Below are positions 10,290-19,823 of a stretch of 64,000 bases of DNA, piece after piece. Source of the DNA: Gemmatimonadales bacterium (GTDB lineage Bacteria; Gemmatimonadota; Gemmatimonadetes; Gemmatimonadales; GWC2-71-9); NCBI GenBank assembly GCA_037189525.1, contig JBBCJC010000001.1, positions 160,001-224,000 on the forward strand, written 5' to 3'. Made by a program: the position numbers and the translations under genes. How positions within the stretch are numbered: the first letter of the stretch is position 1; each line of letters opens with the position of its first letter. The notes below the pieces were generated by a model that did not search any database, was not told the origin of the DNA, and was given only the letters and a program-made list of their open reading frames with translations.

Positions 10290-11388
10290 GCGGCTGATCC
10301 GTGGCGTTGGGGTCGACTCCGATGGCCGCCGCCAGTCGCTCGAAAGCCGCGTTCCCTTCGGCTCCGTCCATCAGCTTCACCAATTCCGCCACACTGCGGG
10401 TCACATCGCCCTGGTGCTGTTGGAACCAGCGTTCGAACCAATCGAGGTGGGTTCGATAGATCAGCACCCCCACCAGCTGGGCGTTGTTGATCGGCCGCTC
10501 GGCCAGTCGCGCAACTTGATAGGTACGCAGACGTGATCCGATCGGCCCCTCGAGCCGTTCCTTCGACCAGCGACCGATGGCCGCGCGTCCTTCATCCAGC
10601 GCCGCGCCCTCGGGCTTACTCCCATAGAACGTCGTCAGCGTGTCGATCAGTTCCCGGTAATACTCGGCCAGAACGATCTCATCGAGCCAGCGGTCACGGG
10701 CACGGTCGGCCCGGAGCGAGTCGCCCCGTCCGCGGAAAAATTCTTCGGCGGCGCGGTACCCGATCATCTGCGCCGCGCTCTCATTGAACGGCGTAGCGCT
10801 CTTGATGTAGAGGGTGTTGTGGGCAATCTCATGGAAAACGAGCGCGGTCAGCTCGACGGAATCCCGCACCAGGGCGGTCGAGAGCAGCGGATCGTTGAAC
10901 CAGCCGAGGGTCGAATATGCAGCCGCCGGCCGGAGCGAGATGTCGTAGCCGCGGTCGGCCCATTTCGTCGCTTCCTTCTGAGCCATCTCGACGTCGAAGA
11001 AGCCTTTATACGGCACCCGGCCGACGATCGGATACTTCCAGGTCACCGGACAGATGCAGTCCTTCCGTGATCCGGTGAGCGACAGGAGCAGCGTGTCCCG
11101 ACCCACATCGGTGTACGCGGTGTAGGTGTCCTTGGCCTCCAGCCCGATGGCGGCCGCATGCTCGCGCACGTCGAGCACCAGTTGCAGGAAGGCGCGATCG
11201 CGCGCGGGAATGGTCGAATCAGTGAGCATCTGCTCGAGCGGCTTCCGCTTCTGCAGGATCCGCGTCTGCTCGAGCCCGGCGCGGCTCAGGTAGCGGACGT
11301 CCTCGCTTGCCACGTAGGCGGTGCCATAGCCGACGAAGAGCGCGACGGCCGCAATCAGGATTCCCATGCCGATCCGCTTCTTTCTCAC
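10237..11388 (-). CDS. Putative zinc aminopeptidase with N-terminal membrane anchor
   Basis: PYKGFF, AAYSTLGWFNDPLLST, FHEIAH (HExxH), FNESAA; GTG overlaps the upstream stop. Confidence 0.85.
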   Translation of the reverse strand: MRKKRIGMGILIAAVALFVGYGTAYVASEDVRYLSRAGLEQTRILQKRKPLEQMLTDSTIPARDRAFLQLVLDVREHAAAIGLEAKDTYTAYTDVGRDTLLLSLTGSRKDCICPVTWKYPIVGRVPYKGFFDVEMAQKEATKWADRGYDISLRPAAAYSTLGWFNDPLLSTALVRDSVELTALVFHEIAHNTLYIKSATPFNESAAQMIGYRAAEEFFRGRGDSLRADRARDRWLDEIVLAEYYRELIDTLTTFYGSKPEGAALDEGRAAIGRWSKERLEGPIGSRLRTYQVARLAERPINNAQLVGVLIYRTHLDWFERWFQQHQGDVTRSVAELVKLMDGAEGNAAFERLAAAIGVDPNATDQPLSGQPAPDSVPPVPAAP

Positions 11389-12266
11389 GGGGTCCAACGG
11401 ACGCCGAACAGGTGGACACCCTTACCCAACGGGCTTTCGGGCTGATAGGCGTAATCGAAGCGCGCGCTGCCAGCCACGATGCTCCCGCCGTAGGTCGTCT
11501 TGGACAGCGTTCCGGACACGTCATCCGGCTGTCCGCCGTGCCCGATCCGTCCGATCAACCCCAGTCCGTAGAATACGGCGCCGGCCTCGAGTCCGAACAC
11601 GGTGCGTCGTCGCTGCCGTTCGGTCCAGACCGTCTCGACCGTCGCCAGCAAGCGGCCGTTGGAATAGGTATCGAGCAGATTCATACTGAAGCCGAGCCGC
11701 CAGGCGCGCGGTAACTGCAACCCTCCGGACGATACGGTCCAGTCGCCCAGATTATGGACCGAGAGGGCCAGCGCAGCGATATCGAAGAATGCGACCGTGG
11801 TCCCGACATCCGTCGTAACGGCGCGAGCAATCGTCCCCCCCGAATCCTCCACCGAGACGTACTTGGCGCTGGTGCCGAGTGCCACGCCACTTCGGCGATA
11901 GACGGCGGTGCCGACCCAACTGAGATTGTCGTAGATCGGACTGGTATTCGGCAGCCGGAGGTACTGGTACCCGCCGCCAAAGTTGAAATCGGCCACCCGG
12001 AAGGCCGCGCTGCCCATGGTGTAGGTCGACCGATCCGGCAGGCGCGCCAAGGTGCCTTCGATGCTCAGCGCGCGGATCGGGGCGAGACCGGAGGGATTGC
12101 TGAAGACCGAGCCGGCATATCCCGGCATGGCGGCACCGGCGCCCGCTAGGCCGGCGGCCCGCACATTGGCCGGGAAGGACAGGATTGCAGGCGTGGGCCG
12201 GGCCGGTTGCGCAGCGAGCGGTGCGACACCGCAGGCGAGGCAGAGGAGGAAGCGGAGAGCCTTCAT
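11385..12266 (-). CDS. Outer-membrane beta-barrel, PorV/FadL-like
   Basis: Signal peptide MKALRFLLCLACGVAPLAAQ; RAAGLAGA...SVFSNPSGLA motif; alternating beta strands ending RFDYAY...HLFGVRW. Confidence 0.65.
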   Translation of the reverse strand: MKALRFLLCLACGVAPLAAQPARPTPAILSFPANVRAAGLAGAGAAMPGYAGSVFSNPSGLAPIRALSIEGTLARLPDRSTYTMGSAAFRVADFNFGGGYQYLRLPNTSPIYDNLSWVGTAVYRRSGVALGTSAKYVSVEDSGGTIARAVTTDVGTTVAFFDIAALALSVHNLGDWTVSSGGLQLPRAWRLGFSMNLLDTYSNGRLLATVETVWTERQRRRTVFGLEAGAVFYGLGLIGRIGHGGQPDDVSGTLSKTTYGGSIVAGSARFDYAYQPESPLGKGVHLFGVRWTP

Positions 12267-12286
12267 GGACGTCTCGGGAATCTGCC

Positions 12287-12325
12287 TCCGCCGGGCGGCT
12301 GGCTCAAGCCGCGCCGCCCGGCGGA
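12287..12325. repeat. Intergenic GC-rich inverted repeat (mRNA stabiliser or terminator)
   Basis: TCCGCCGGGCGGC...GCCGCCCGGCGGA, perfect 13-bp arms. Confidence 0.5.
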
Positions 12326-12334
12326 CGACCCCGC

Positions 12335-14053
12335 CTAACGGATCCGCACGATGCCGAATCGGGCGCCGAGTGCCGGATCGATGGCATCGCCCGCGGCATT
12401 CCGCGCCAGGCGAACGTCGAGCGCAGCGCCGTTGGCACTCTGAACCAGGCGGAGGTGCCGCGCGCTGCCCCCGCGGAGGGTACCCGATCGGGTGTAGTTC
12501 CCGCTGGCCTGATCGGGCACGAGCGGAAAGCCGTTGAACGGCCCCGGCGGGTTTGCCGTCGACTGGTTGACCGGATTGGTCCACACCCCCCGGAGTCCCC
12601 AGCTCTTGAGGCGGAGGCGCGGACTGGTGGCGACGAACCCGGGCAAGTCATCGAGATAAGTGGCCAGGTGCCATTCGGTGACCAGATCGGCAAACGAGAC
12701 GCCGGTCCGCGCCGCAAACGACGCGGCCCCGCCGGCGGCACTCACCAGCGACGGCGTGAAGTCGCCGCCCAGAATGGAATCGCTGGCAAAGTGGTCGACC
12801 ACCCAGCGCAGGAAGAGCCAACTGGCGCCTCGTTCCTCCAGGGTGCCGTTCGACGAAATCGGGTAGACCAGGAAATGGCTTTCCGGATCGACCATGTAGT
12901 CGTAAGAATTGATGATGTTGCCGGACACGTACTGGCTCCGGCACGAGGAATAGCCGGGACACTCCTCATCCGGGATCAGGCGCCCGCCCAGCTCTTCGGC
13001 AAAGTGAGACAGCGCTTCGTTGAGCCAGGTCTCTTCGGAACCGAGCCCGCGCCGGATGACCCGCTGATTCCAGTTGATCATGTGCTGCAGTTCGTGAATC
13101 AGCGTCGGCTTGATGATCCGCACCGCGGAGGTACGACTCATGGCCGAGCAGGTAGCCGTCGCGGGGCTCGGGACCAGGGTATAGAAAATCTCGCCCTGAT
13201 TCGAGTTGGGACCGTTGGTCAGGTCGGCGCCGTAGAAGTATCCGAGCACCCGGCCGTTGGTGCAGTCGGGCGTCAGGTTGTTGACCGACTTGGTGAGCAG
13301 GATCACGACCCGCTCGTTGCCGTCGAGATCCGACTCCGCGCCGAAGGCCGCCGCATTGATCGGATAGTGATAGAGATCGAAGGTCCGGCCCAGATCCTGG
13401 TAGTCGACCTCGAGCAGGGTGTCGGCGGTGGGCACGTCGATTTCCATGTAGATCGCGGCCTTGTTGCCCACGTAGCGTGCCCTTGCCGGGACGTCGTCGA
13501 ATTGGCTACAGGTCACGGTTCGGCAGGTCTTGAAGGTGCGCTCATGTCCCACCACCGGCGGCGCGGCCGCGATACTCGGCGCCGACATCACCGGCGCCCG
13601 TGCCGCACCGCTCGCCACCAGTTCCGCCTCTTTCCGCCGCAGCATGTCGTGGAAATCGTCGGCCGCCGTGCGGCGCCCGACGCGAATCGGTACCTCGTCC
13701 CGCACCACGGCCGCCGACGCGGACAACGCAGCCGACGGATTTCCGACCGCGAGGTGGTAGGCGCCCGCAACGCCGGCGGTCGACCGGGTCCCGGTTCCGG
13801 AGGCCACCACCACGAGATACTCCGCGCCCTCGGCGCCAGCGGCCGGGACCCGGACGCACCCGTTCCGGGTGACCGGATCGATCAGCACGTGCTGTCCGAC
13901 GGCGAGCTGGGTAACCGGCTGGCTGGCACACGCCGCTACCCCAGCCGACGGGGGCGGCGGCGGGGGAGGCGGGTCGCTCGGTTCCGAACTGCAGGCGGCC
14001 AGCGTGACGACCGCCAGGGCCGCCGCCAGGTTTCGGGTCGGGGTCGTGCACAT
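12335..14053 (-). CDS. Lipoprotein zinc metallopeptidase (M30/hyicolysin-like)
   Basis: Lipobox LAAC, Pro-rich linker, LIHELQHMI (HExxH) and WLNEALS third ligand. Confidence 0.75.
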   Translation of the reverse strand: MCTTPTRNLAAALAVVTLAACSSEPSDPPPPPPPPSAGVAACASQPVTQLAVGQHVLIDPVTRNGCVRVPAAGAEGAEYLVVVASGTGTRSTAGVAGAYHLAVGNPSAALSASAAVVRDEVPIRVGRRTAADDFHDMLRRKEAELVASGAARAPVMSAPSIAAAPPVVGHERTFKTCRTVTCSQFDDVPARARYVGNKAAIYMEIDVPTADTLLEVDYQDLGRTFDLYHYPINAAAFGAESDLDGNERVVILLTKSVNNLTPDCTNGRVLGYFYGADLTNGPNSNQGEIFYTLVPSPATATCSAMSRTSAVRIIKPTLIHELQHMINWNQRVIRRGLGSEETWLNEALSHFAEELGGRLIPDEECPGYSSCRSQYVSGNIINSYDYMVDPESHFLVYPISSNGTLEERGASWLFLRWVVDHFASDSILGGDFTPSLVSAAGGAASFAARTGVSFADLVTEWHLATYLDDLPGFVATSPRLRLKSWGLRGVWTNPVNQSTANPPGPFNGFPLVPDQASGNYTRSGTLRGGSARHLRLVQSANGAALDVRLARNAAGDAIDPALGARFGIVRIR

Positions 14054-14100
14054 GGCCGAATCGGTCAATCGCATGATAACTCGTTGAAAATCAAGGTGTT

Positions 14101-14129
14101 TTGACAACGTCCACTATCATGGATAGCTT
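14101..14129 (+). promoter_or_regulatory. Sigma70-type promoter for the leader RNA and dnaE operon
   Basis: TTGACA-17 bp-TAGCTT. Confidence 0.65.
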
Positions 14130-14135
14130 CCGAAA

Positions 14136-14312
14136 CGTCGCCGGATACGCGTCGCGGGAACCTGCAAAAAGTAGCCCCGGCGAGGACCTCCGACTAGCGA
14201 CAAGAGTTTGACTGTGCCCCCCTGACCGGAGCCGCGTCCGGAGCCGGATCGGGAGGTACAAATTGTTTGAGGTGGCCCGCTGGCCGCCGACGAGGTCTTC
14301 CGACGATGGGTT
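14136..14312 (+). ncRNA. Long rod-shaped structured RNA (6S-like ncRNA or cis-regulatory leader of dnaE)
   Basis: Nested pairings AGGACCTC/GAGGTCTT, CTAGCG/CGCTGG, TGTGCC/GGTACA and CCGG/CCGG around an A/U-rich internal bubble; starts after a sigma70 promoter. Confidence 0.45.
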
Positions 14313-17300
14313 TCGTCCATCTCCACACGCATAGCGAATACTCCCTGCTGGACGGGGCCAGCCAGATTCCCGTCCTGGCCGACTACGTCCGGACCCTGGG
14401 CATGGACAGCCTGGCCGTTACGGACCACGGCAACATGCACGGCGCCTGGGAGTTCTATGAGGCCGCCAAGGCGCGCAAGATCCGCCCGATCCTCGGTTTC
14501 GAAGCCTACCTGGCTTTCGGCGACCGGCGATCCAATCAGAAGCCCGCCGAGGCGCCCGCCCACTATAGCCATCTGGTGCTGCTGGCCCGCAATCGGGTCG
14601 GCTACAAGAACCTGATCAAGCTGAGCTCGATCGGATACGTCGAAGGCTTTTACCGCCGTCCCCGGATCGACAAAGAGGTGCTGGCCGAGCACGCCGAGGG
14701 CGTGATCTGCCTGGCGGCCTGCCTGTCGGGCGAAGTGGCTCTGGGCCTGCGCGCCGACCGGTACGACGAAGCGAAACGCTCCGCCGAGTGGTTTTCGCAG
14801 ACCTTCGGACCGGACGGCTTCTGGCTCGAGATCCAGGACCACGGTATTCCCGACGAGAAGAAGGTGCTCGAGGGAATGCTCGAGCTTTCTCGCGACCTCG
14901 GCCTGCCGGTGGTGGCCACCAACGACGCCCACTACCTCCGCAGGGAAGATGCGGAAGCCCACGACGTCCTGCTCGCCATCGGCACCGGCGCCGATCTGGA
15001 CGACCCCAAGCGCTTCCGCTTTACCGGCTCGGAAACGTACGTCAAGAGCGAAGCGGAGATGCGGAAGCTCTTCTCGAACGTGCCGGAGGCGCTCGACAAT
15101 ACGGTCAAAGTCGCCGACCTCTGCGAGTTCGACTTCGAGAAGCGGTACTTCGTCCCGAGCTTTCCGCGTCCGGAAGAGTACGCCGACGACAACGCGCTGC
15201 TGACCGCGCTTGCCACGCAGGGAGCGGAGCGGCGGTACGGCACGCCGCTGCCCGAGGCCGTGACCGAACGTCTTCGCTACGAACTCGACGTCATCATCAC
15301 GGCAGGATACTCCGGCTACTTCCTGATCGTCCAGGATTTCATTGCCGCCGCCCGGGAGCGCGGCATTCCAGTCGGACCGGGCCGCGGATCGGCCGCCGGA
15401 TCGCTGGTGGCGTACGGGCTGGGCATTACCGACGTCTGCCCGCTCAAGTTCGACCTCCTCTTCGAGCGATTCCTGAACCCGGAACGCGTCTCGATGCCGG
15501 ACATCGACGTCGACTTCTGCTTCGAGCGCCGCGGCGAAGTGATCGAGTACGTCCGGGAGCGTTACGGCCGCGAAAGCGTAGGGCAGATCGTCACCTTCGG
15601 GACGATGAAGGCGCGCGCGGCCGTGAAGGACGTGTCGCGGGTGATGAAGATCCCGCCGGGCGAGGCCGACAAGATCACCAAACTGATCCCGTCCGGGCCG
15701 GCGTACAGCCTCACCATCCCCGAAGCCGTCAAGAAGGTTCCGGAGCTGGCGGAGCTGGTGCGTCTCTCGCCCCAGTACGCCAGGATGACGGAACTGGCAT
15801 CCCGGATCGAAGGGATCTCCCGCCATCTGTCGGTCCATGCGGCGGGCGTGGTCATCGCGCCCGGCCCGTTGCCCGAGTACGTCCCCGTCTGCACGGCACC
15901 CACCAAGGGCGCCGGCGCCTCCGCCGACGGCGAGAACGCCATGATCACGCAGTACGACATGGTGGCGCTCGAGAAGGTCGGCATGCTCAAGATGGACCTC
16001 TTGGGCTTGAAGACGCTGACCGTGATCCATGACGCGGTGGCCATGGTCAAGGAGCGCCATGGCGTCGAGCTCGACATGGGCACGCTCTCGCTCGACGATC
16101 CGGCCGTGTACGAGTTGCTCCGCCGCGGACGTACCGCCGGCGTCTTCCAGTTCGAATCGTCGCTGGCGACCGAAACGCTCCGCCAGATGCGCTGCGACCG
16201 GTTCGACGATCTGGTCGCGTCGAACGCCCTGCTCCGCCCGGGACCGCTCGACACCGGGATGCACCTGGTATTCATCAAGCGGAAGCTGGGCCAGGAGCCG
16301 GTCTCGTATCCGCATCCGTCGCTGGTCGACGTGCTCGAGCCGACCTACGGCGTCATCACCTATCAGGAACAGGTGATGCGGATTGCCAACGTGCTCGCGG
16401 GCTTCTCGCTCGCCGAAGCCGACGTGCTCCGCAAGGCGGTGGGTAAGAAGGACGCCGAGCTGATCAAGAAGGAGCTGGGCAAGTTCGTCGAGCGGGGCAT
16501 TGCCCTGGGCCACAAACCCGATCTGATGGAGGAGCTCTCCGGGCAGATCGAGACCTTCGGACGCTACGGCTTCAACAAGTCGCACTCGGTTGCCTATTCC
16601 GTCCTGTCGTATCAAACCGCCTGGCTCAAGGCGCATTATCCGGCCGAGTTCATGGCGGCGTTGCTGTCATCGGAAATCGGCGACACCGACAAAGTCGTGC
16701 AGTACATCAACGAGGCGCGTGAGCTGGGGCTCGAAGTGCTGCCGCCGGACGTCAACGAATCGGGCTTCAAGTTCACGGTGGTCGAGGAGACCCGGATCCG
16801 CTTCGGACTCGGCGCCGTTCGCAACGTGGGACGCGGCGCCATCGAGTCGATCGTCGGGACCCGGACGGAAGGGCCGGTCACCAGCCTGACAAACCTGGTC
16901 ACCCGGATCGACCTGCGCCTCTGCAACAAGCGGGTGCTCGAGTCGCTGATCGCGGCGGGCGCCTGTGATTCCCTCCCCGGTCATCGGGCCCAGTTGATGG
17001 CGGCCCTCGACAACGCCCTCGGCGAGGCGCAACTTCTCCACCAGGAACGGGAAGCCGGCCAGGGATCGCTCTTCGGCGATGCCCCGGCTCCAGCCCGGCC
17101 CCAGTCGGCGGAATTGCCCGATCTGCCGGAATGGACCGAGGCAGAACGGCTGGCCCGGGAAAAGGAGCTGCTGGGCTTCTTCATCTCGGGGCATCCGCTC
17201 GAACCGTTCCGGAGCGAGGTCGAGCTGTTCGGCACCCGAACCACCGCGACCCTGTCGACCTGGAGCGAGCAGCAGGTCACGATCGGCGCCGTGGTGACCG

Positions 17301-17788
17301 CGGTCAAACGCCAGATTTCGAAGAAAACGGGGAAGGAATACGCCCGGCTGGTGCTGGAGGATTTCCATGGGACGGCGGAAGCCCTGGTTTTCCCCGATGC
17401 CTGGGCGCAGCTCAACCAGACCATCGTGGTCGACGGGTGCATGCTGCTGACCGGCGGGTACAGCCAGCGGGACCGGGGCGAGGACCGGGCCCCCTTCGTA
17501 GTCGAGTCGGCCCGGATGCTGTCGGATTTTCGGAAGATCGGCGCGGTGGCCCTGTCGATCCGGTGGTCTGCGCCTAACCCGCCGTCCACCAACGACATGC
17601 AGGCCCTGGCCGCGCTTTGCGCCAGCCACGATGGACCGGCGCCGGTCTATATTGAGTGGAACGATGGCAACGGGGAGTCGGCCCGGATGCAGTCCCGCCG
17701 GCTTCGCGTCACCCCTGAAGAAGACCTGGTCCACTCGCTCAGGACCCTGCTCGGGCCCGATGCGGTGCGACTGGTGAAAGCCGGATAG
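14306..17788 (+). CDS. dnaE: DNA polymerase III alpha subunit
   Basis: [47 protein letters not shown]-terminal OB fold. Confidence 0.98.
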   Translation: MGFVHLHTHSEYSLLDGASQIPVLADYVRTLGMDSLAVTDHGNMHGAWEFYEAAKARKIRPILGFEAYLAFGDRRSNQKPAEAPAHYSHLVLLARNRVGYKNLIKLSSIGYVEGFYRRPRIDKEVLAEHAEGVICLAACLSGEVALGLRADRYDEAKRSAEWFSQTFGPDGFWLEIQDHGIPDEKKVLEGMLELSRDLGLPVVATNDAHYLRREDAEAHDVLLAIGTGADLDDPKRFRFTGSETYVKSEAEMRKLFSNVPEALDNTVKVADLCEFDFEKRYFVPSFPRPEEYADDNALLTALATQGAERRYGTPLPEAVTERLRYELDVIITAGYSGYFLIVQDFIAAARERGIPVGPGRGSAAGSLVAYGLGITDVCPLKFDLLFERFLNPERVSMPDIDVDFCFERRGEVIEYVRERYGRESVGQIVTFGTMKARAAVKDVSRVMKIPPGEADKITKLIPSGPAYSLTIPEAVKKVPELAELVRLSPQYARMTELASRIEGISRHLSVHAAGVVIAPGPLPEYVPVCTAPTKGAGASADGENAMITQYDMVALEKVGMLKMDLLGLKTLTVIHDAVAMVKERHGVELDMGTLSLDDPAVYELLRRGRTAGVFQFESSLATETLRQMRCDRFDDLVASNALLRPGPLDTGMHLVFIKRKLGQEPVSYPHPSLVDVLEPTYGVITYQEQVMRIANVLAGFSLAEADVLRKAVGKKDAELIKKELGKFVERGIALGHKPDLMEELSGQIETFGRYGFNKSHSVAYSVLSYQTAWLKAHYPAEFMAALLSSEIGDTDKVVQYINEARELGLEVLPPDVNESGFKFTVVEETRIRFGLGAVRNVGRGAIESIVGTRTEGPVTSLTNLVTRIDLRLCNKRVLESLIAAGACDSLPGHRAQLMAALDNALGEAQLLHQEREAGQGSLFGDAPAPARPQSAELPDLPEWTEAERLAREKELLGFFISGHPLEPFRSEVELFGTRTTATLSTWSEQQVTIGAVVTAVKRQISKKTGKEYARLVLEDFHGTAEALVFPDAWAQLNQTIVVDGCMLLTGGYSQRDRGEDRAPFVVESARMLSDFRKIGAVALSIRWSAPNPPSTNDMQALAALCASHDGPAPVYIEWNDGNGESARMQSRRLRVTPEEDLVHSLRTLLGPDAVRLVKAG

Positions 17789-17790
17789 AT

Positions 17791-18750
17791 ATGGCCGTAC
17801 ATACCTTGGACTTCGAAAAGCCGCTACTCGAGCTGGAACGCCAGATCGAGGAGCTTCGCCGCGTCGGTGAGGAACGGCAGATCGACGTCGACGAGGAAAT
17901 TGCGACGCTCGAAGGCAAGCTGGTGAGCCTGCGGCAGGACATCTACCGCAGTCTGACCCCGATGCAGCGGGTCAGCGTCGCGCGCCATCCCAAGCGTCCA
18001 TACACCCTCGACTACCTCGGTTCGATCTTCACCGATTTCGTCGAACTGCACGGCGACCGCCTCTTCCGCGACGACCTCGCCATCGTCGGCGGGTGGGCTC
18101 GCCTGGCCGGACAGACGGTGATGGTGATCGGCCACCAGAAGGGCCGCGACACCCGGGAGAACATCCGGCGGAACTTCGGCATGCCACACCCCGAGGGATA
18201 CCGCAAGGCGCTCCGGCTGATGAAGCTGGCAGCCCGTTTCCATGCGCCCGTCGTCACCCTGATCGACACGCCGGGCGCGTATCCCGGTATCGGCGCGGAA
18301 GAGCGCGGACAATCGGAAGCGCTGGCCACCAATATCCTGGAGATGGCCGCGCTGCCGACGCCGATCATCAGCTGCGTCATCGGCGAGGGCGGCTCGGGCG
18401 GTGCCCTGGCACTCGGCGTGGCCGATCGCGTCCTGATGTTCGAGAATTCGGTCTACTCGGTGATTTCGCCCGAAGGCTGCGCAGCGATTCTCTGGAAAGA
18501 CGCCAGTCAGCGCGAGCGGGCCGCCGAGGCGCTCAAAATCACGGCGACCGATCTGCTACGTTTCAAGATCATCGACGAGATCATCCCGGAACCGGTCGGC
18601 GGCGCGCATCAGGACCCGGAGGCCGCGGGTGAGTCGCTCCGCGCCATCCTGGTCAAGCACGTCAACGAGCTTCGGAAAATTCGACCCGAGAAACTGGTCA
18701 AGCGCCGCGCCGACAAGTACGGAGCGATGGGGGTCTTCGCGGAGGTCTGA
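17791..18750 (+). CDS. accA: Acetyl-CoA carboxylase carboxyltransferase alpha subunit
   Basis: [45 protein letters not shown]. Confidence 0.98.
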   Translation: MAVHTLDFEKPLLELERQIEELRRVGEERQIDVDEEIATLEGKLVSLRQDIYRSLTPMQRVSVARHPKRPYTLDYLGSIFTDFVELHGDRLFRDDLAIVGGWARLAGQTVMVIGHQKGRDTRENIRRNFGMPHPEGYRKALRLMKLAARFHAPVVTLIDTPGAYPGIGAEERGQSEALATNILEMAALPTPIISCVIGEGGSGGALALGVADRVLMFENSVYSVISPEGCAAILWKDASQRERAAEALKITATDLLRFKIIDEIIPEPVGGAHQDPEAAGESLRAILVKHVNELRKIRPEKLVKRRADKYGAMGVFAEV

Positions 18751-19808
18751 TGCCGACCACCGTCGAAGTACGCTTCAAGGGCAACCGGAAAGACTACTTT
18801 CTCTGGGACGCGCCCGAATCGCTGCACCTCCACCAGCCGGTCATCGTGGAGGTGGAGCGGGGGCTCGATTTCGGCCGGGTCGGCGTCACGGGTGAGACCG
18901 CCGCCAAGAAGTGCGCGGCCGGCTGCAGTGGCTGCGCATCCGGGAGTACCCCGCCCGCACCGACCCGGCCCGTCCTCCGGGTCGCAACACAAGAAGAAAT
19001 CCGCCTGGCCAACGACCTCCGCCGCTCGGAGGACAGCACTCGGATCCGCGCCGCCGAGCGGGTCCGCCATTACGGCCTCGAGATGAAGATGTCGGACGCC
19101 GAGTGGCAGTGGGACCGGAAGAAGCTGACCTTCTACTTCACGGCGGAAAAACGCGTCGATTTCCGCGATCTGGTTCGCGACCTGGCTTCGACTTTCAAGG
19201 CCAGGATCGAACTTCGCCAGATCGGCGTGCGCGACGAAGCCGCGCGCCTAGGGGGGGTCGGTCGCTGCGGCAAGGAATACTGCTGTTCCACCTGGCTCAA
19301 ATCGCTCGATCCCGTCAGCCTGGCGCTGGCCAAGGATCAGCACCTGTCGCTCAATCCGGCCCAGATCTCGGGCGGATGCGGCCGCCTGCTCTGCTGTCTC
19401 AAGTATGAGCATGAGTTCTACGTGACCTCGCGCAAGCGGTTTCCCAAAGAGGGGAAAACCGTGCGCACCGGGCGTGGCGCCGAGAAGGTCATTGCGGTCG
19501 ACATCTTCCGTGAGCGGGTCTTCCTGCGCAGCGACGAACACGGGCATCGCACCGTTCTCCTCGCCGACCTGCGGGAAGAAATGGCGGGCGTCGACCAGAC
19601 TGCCCCAACTGCCCCGGCCGCCGAGCCCGCAGCGCGGCCCCGAACCGAGCGTGCTCGGCCGCCCAAAGCGCAGCAACCGCTCCTTCCACCCCCGCCGCCG
19701 ACCGACGCGCCGAATCAGGCATCGGCCGATCCGGACCGTGCCGGCGGGCGCACCAAGCGACGTCGCCGCCGCCGGGGACGCGGCGGGAGCGGGCCTTCGA
19801 ATCCTTAG
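18750..19808 (+). CDS. ricT: PSP1-domain Fe-S protein RicT/YaaT
   Basis: FYFTAEKRVDFRDLV, RIELRQIGVRDEA, GRCGKEYCC, SGGCGRLLCCLKYE; Pro/Arg-rich tail. Confidence 0.92.
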   Translation: MPTTVEVRFKGNRKDYFLWDAPESLHLHQPVIVEVERGLDFGRVGVTGETAAKKCAAGCSGCASGSTPPAPTRPVLRVATQEEIRLANDLRRSEDSTRIRAAERVRHYGLEMKMSDAEWQWDRKKLTFYFTAEKRVDFRDLVRDLASTFKARIELRQIGVRDEAARLGGVGRCGKEYCCSTWLKSLDPVSLALAKDQHLSLNPAQISGGCGRLLCCLKYEHEFYVTSRKRFPKEGKTVRTGRGAEKVIAVDIFRERVFLRSDEHGHRTVLLADLREEMAGVDQTAPTAPAAEPAARPRTERARPPKAQQPLLPPPPPTDAPNQASADPDRAGGRTKRRRRRRGRGGSGPSNP

Positions 19809-19823
19809 ACACCGGACGTGTAA

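Noticed and set aside
14117..16636. 839-aa antisense ORF, and similar ones at 12185..14104, 19248..21365, 39839..41818 and 58880..60775
   Set aside because: Antisense to well-supported genes, with no domain motifs; expected from high-GC codon bias
14306..17788. Possible intein or split in dnaE or dnaE2
   Set aside because: Lengths are normal, motifs are contiguous and no intein signatures are visible
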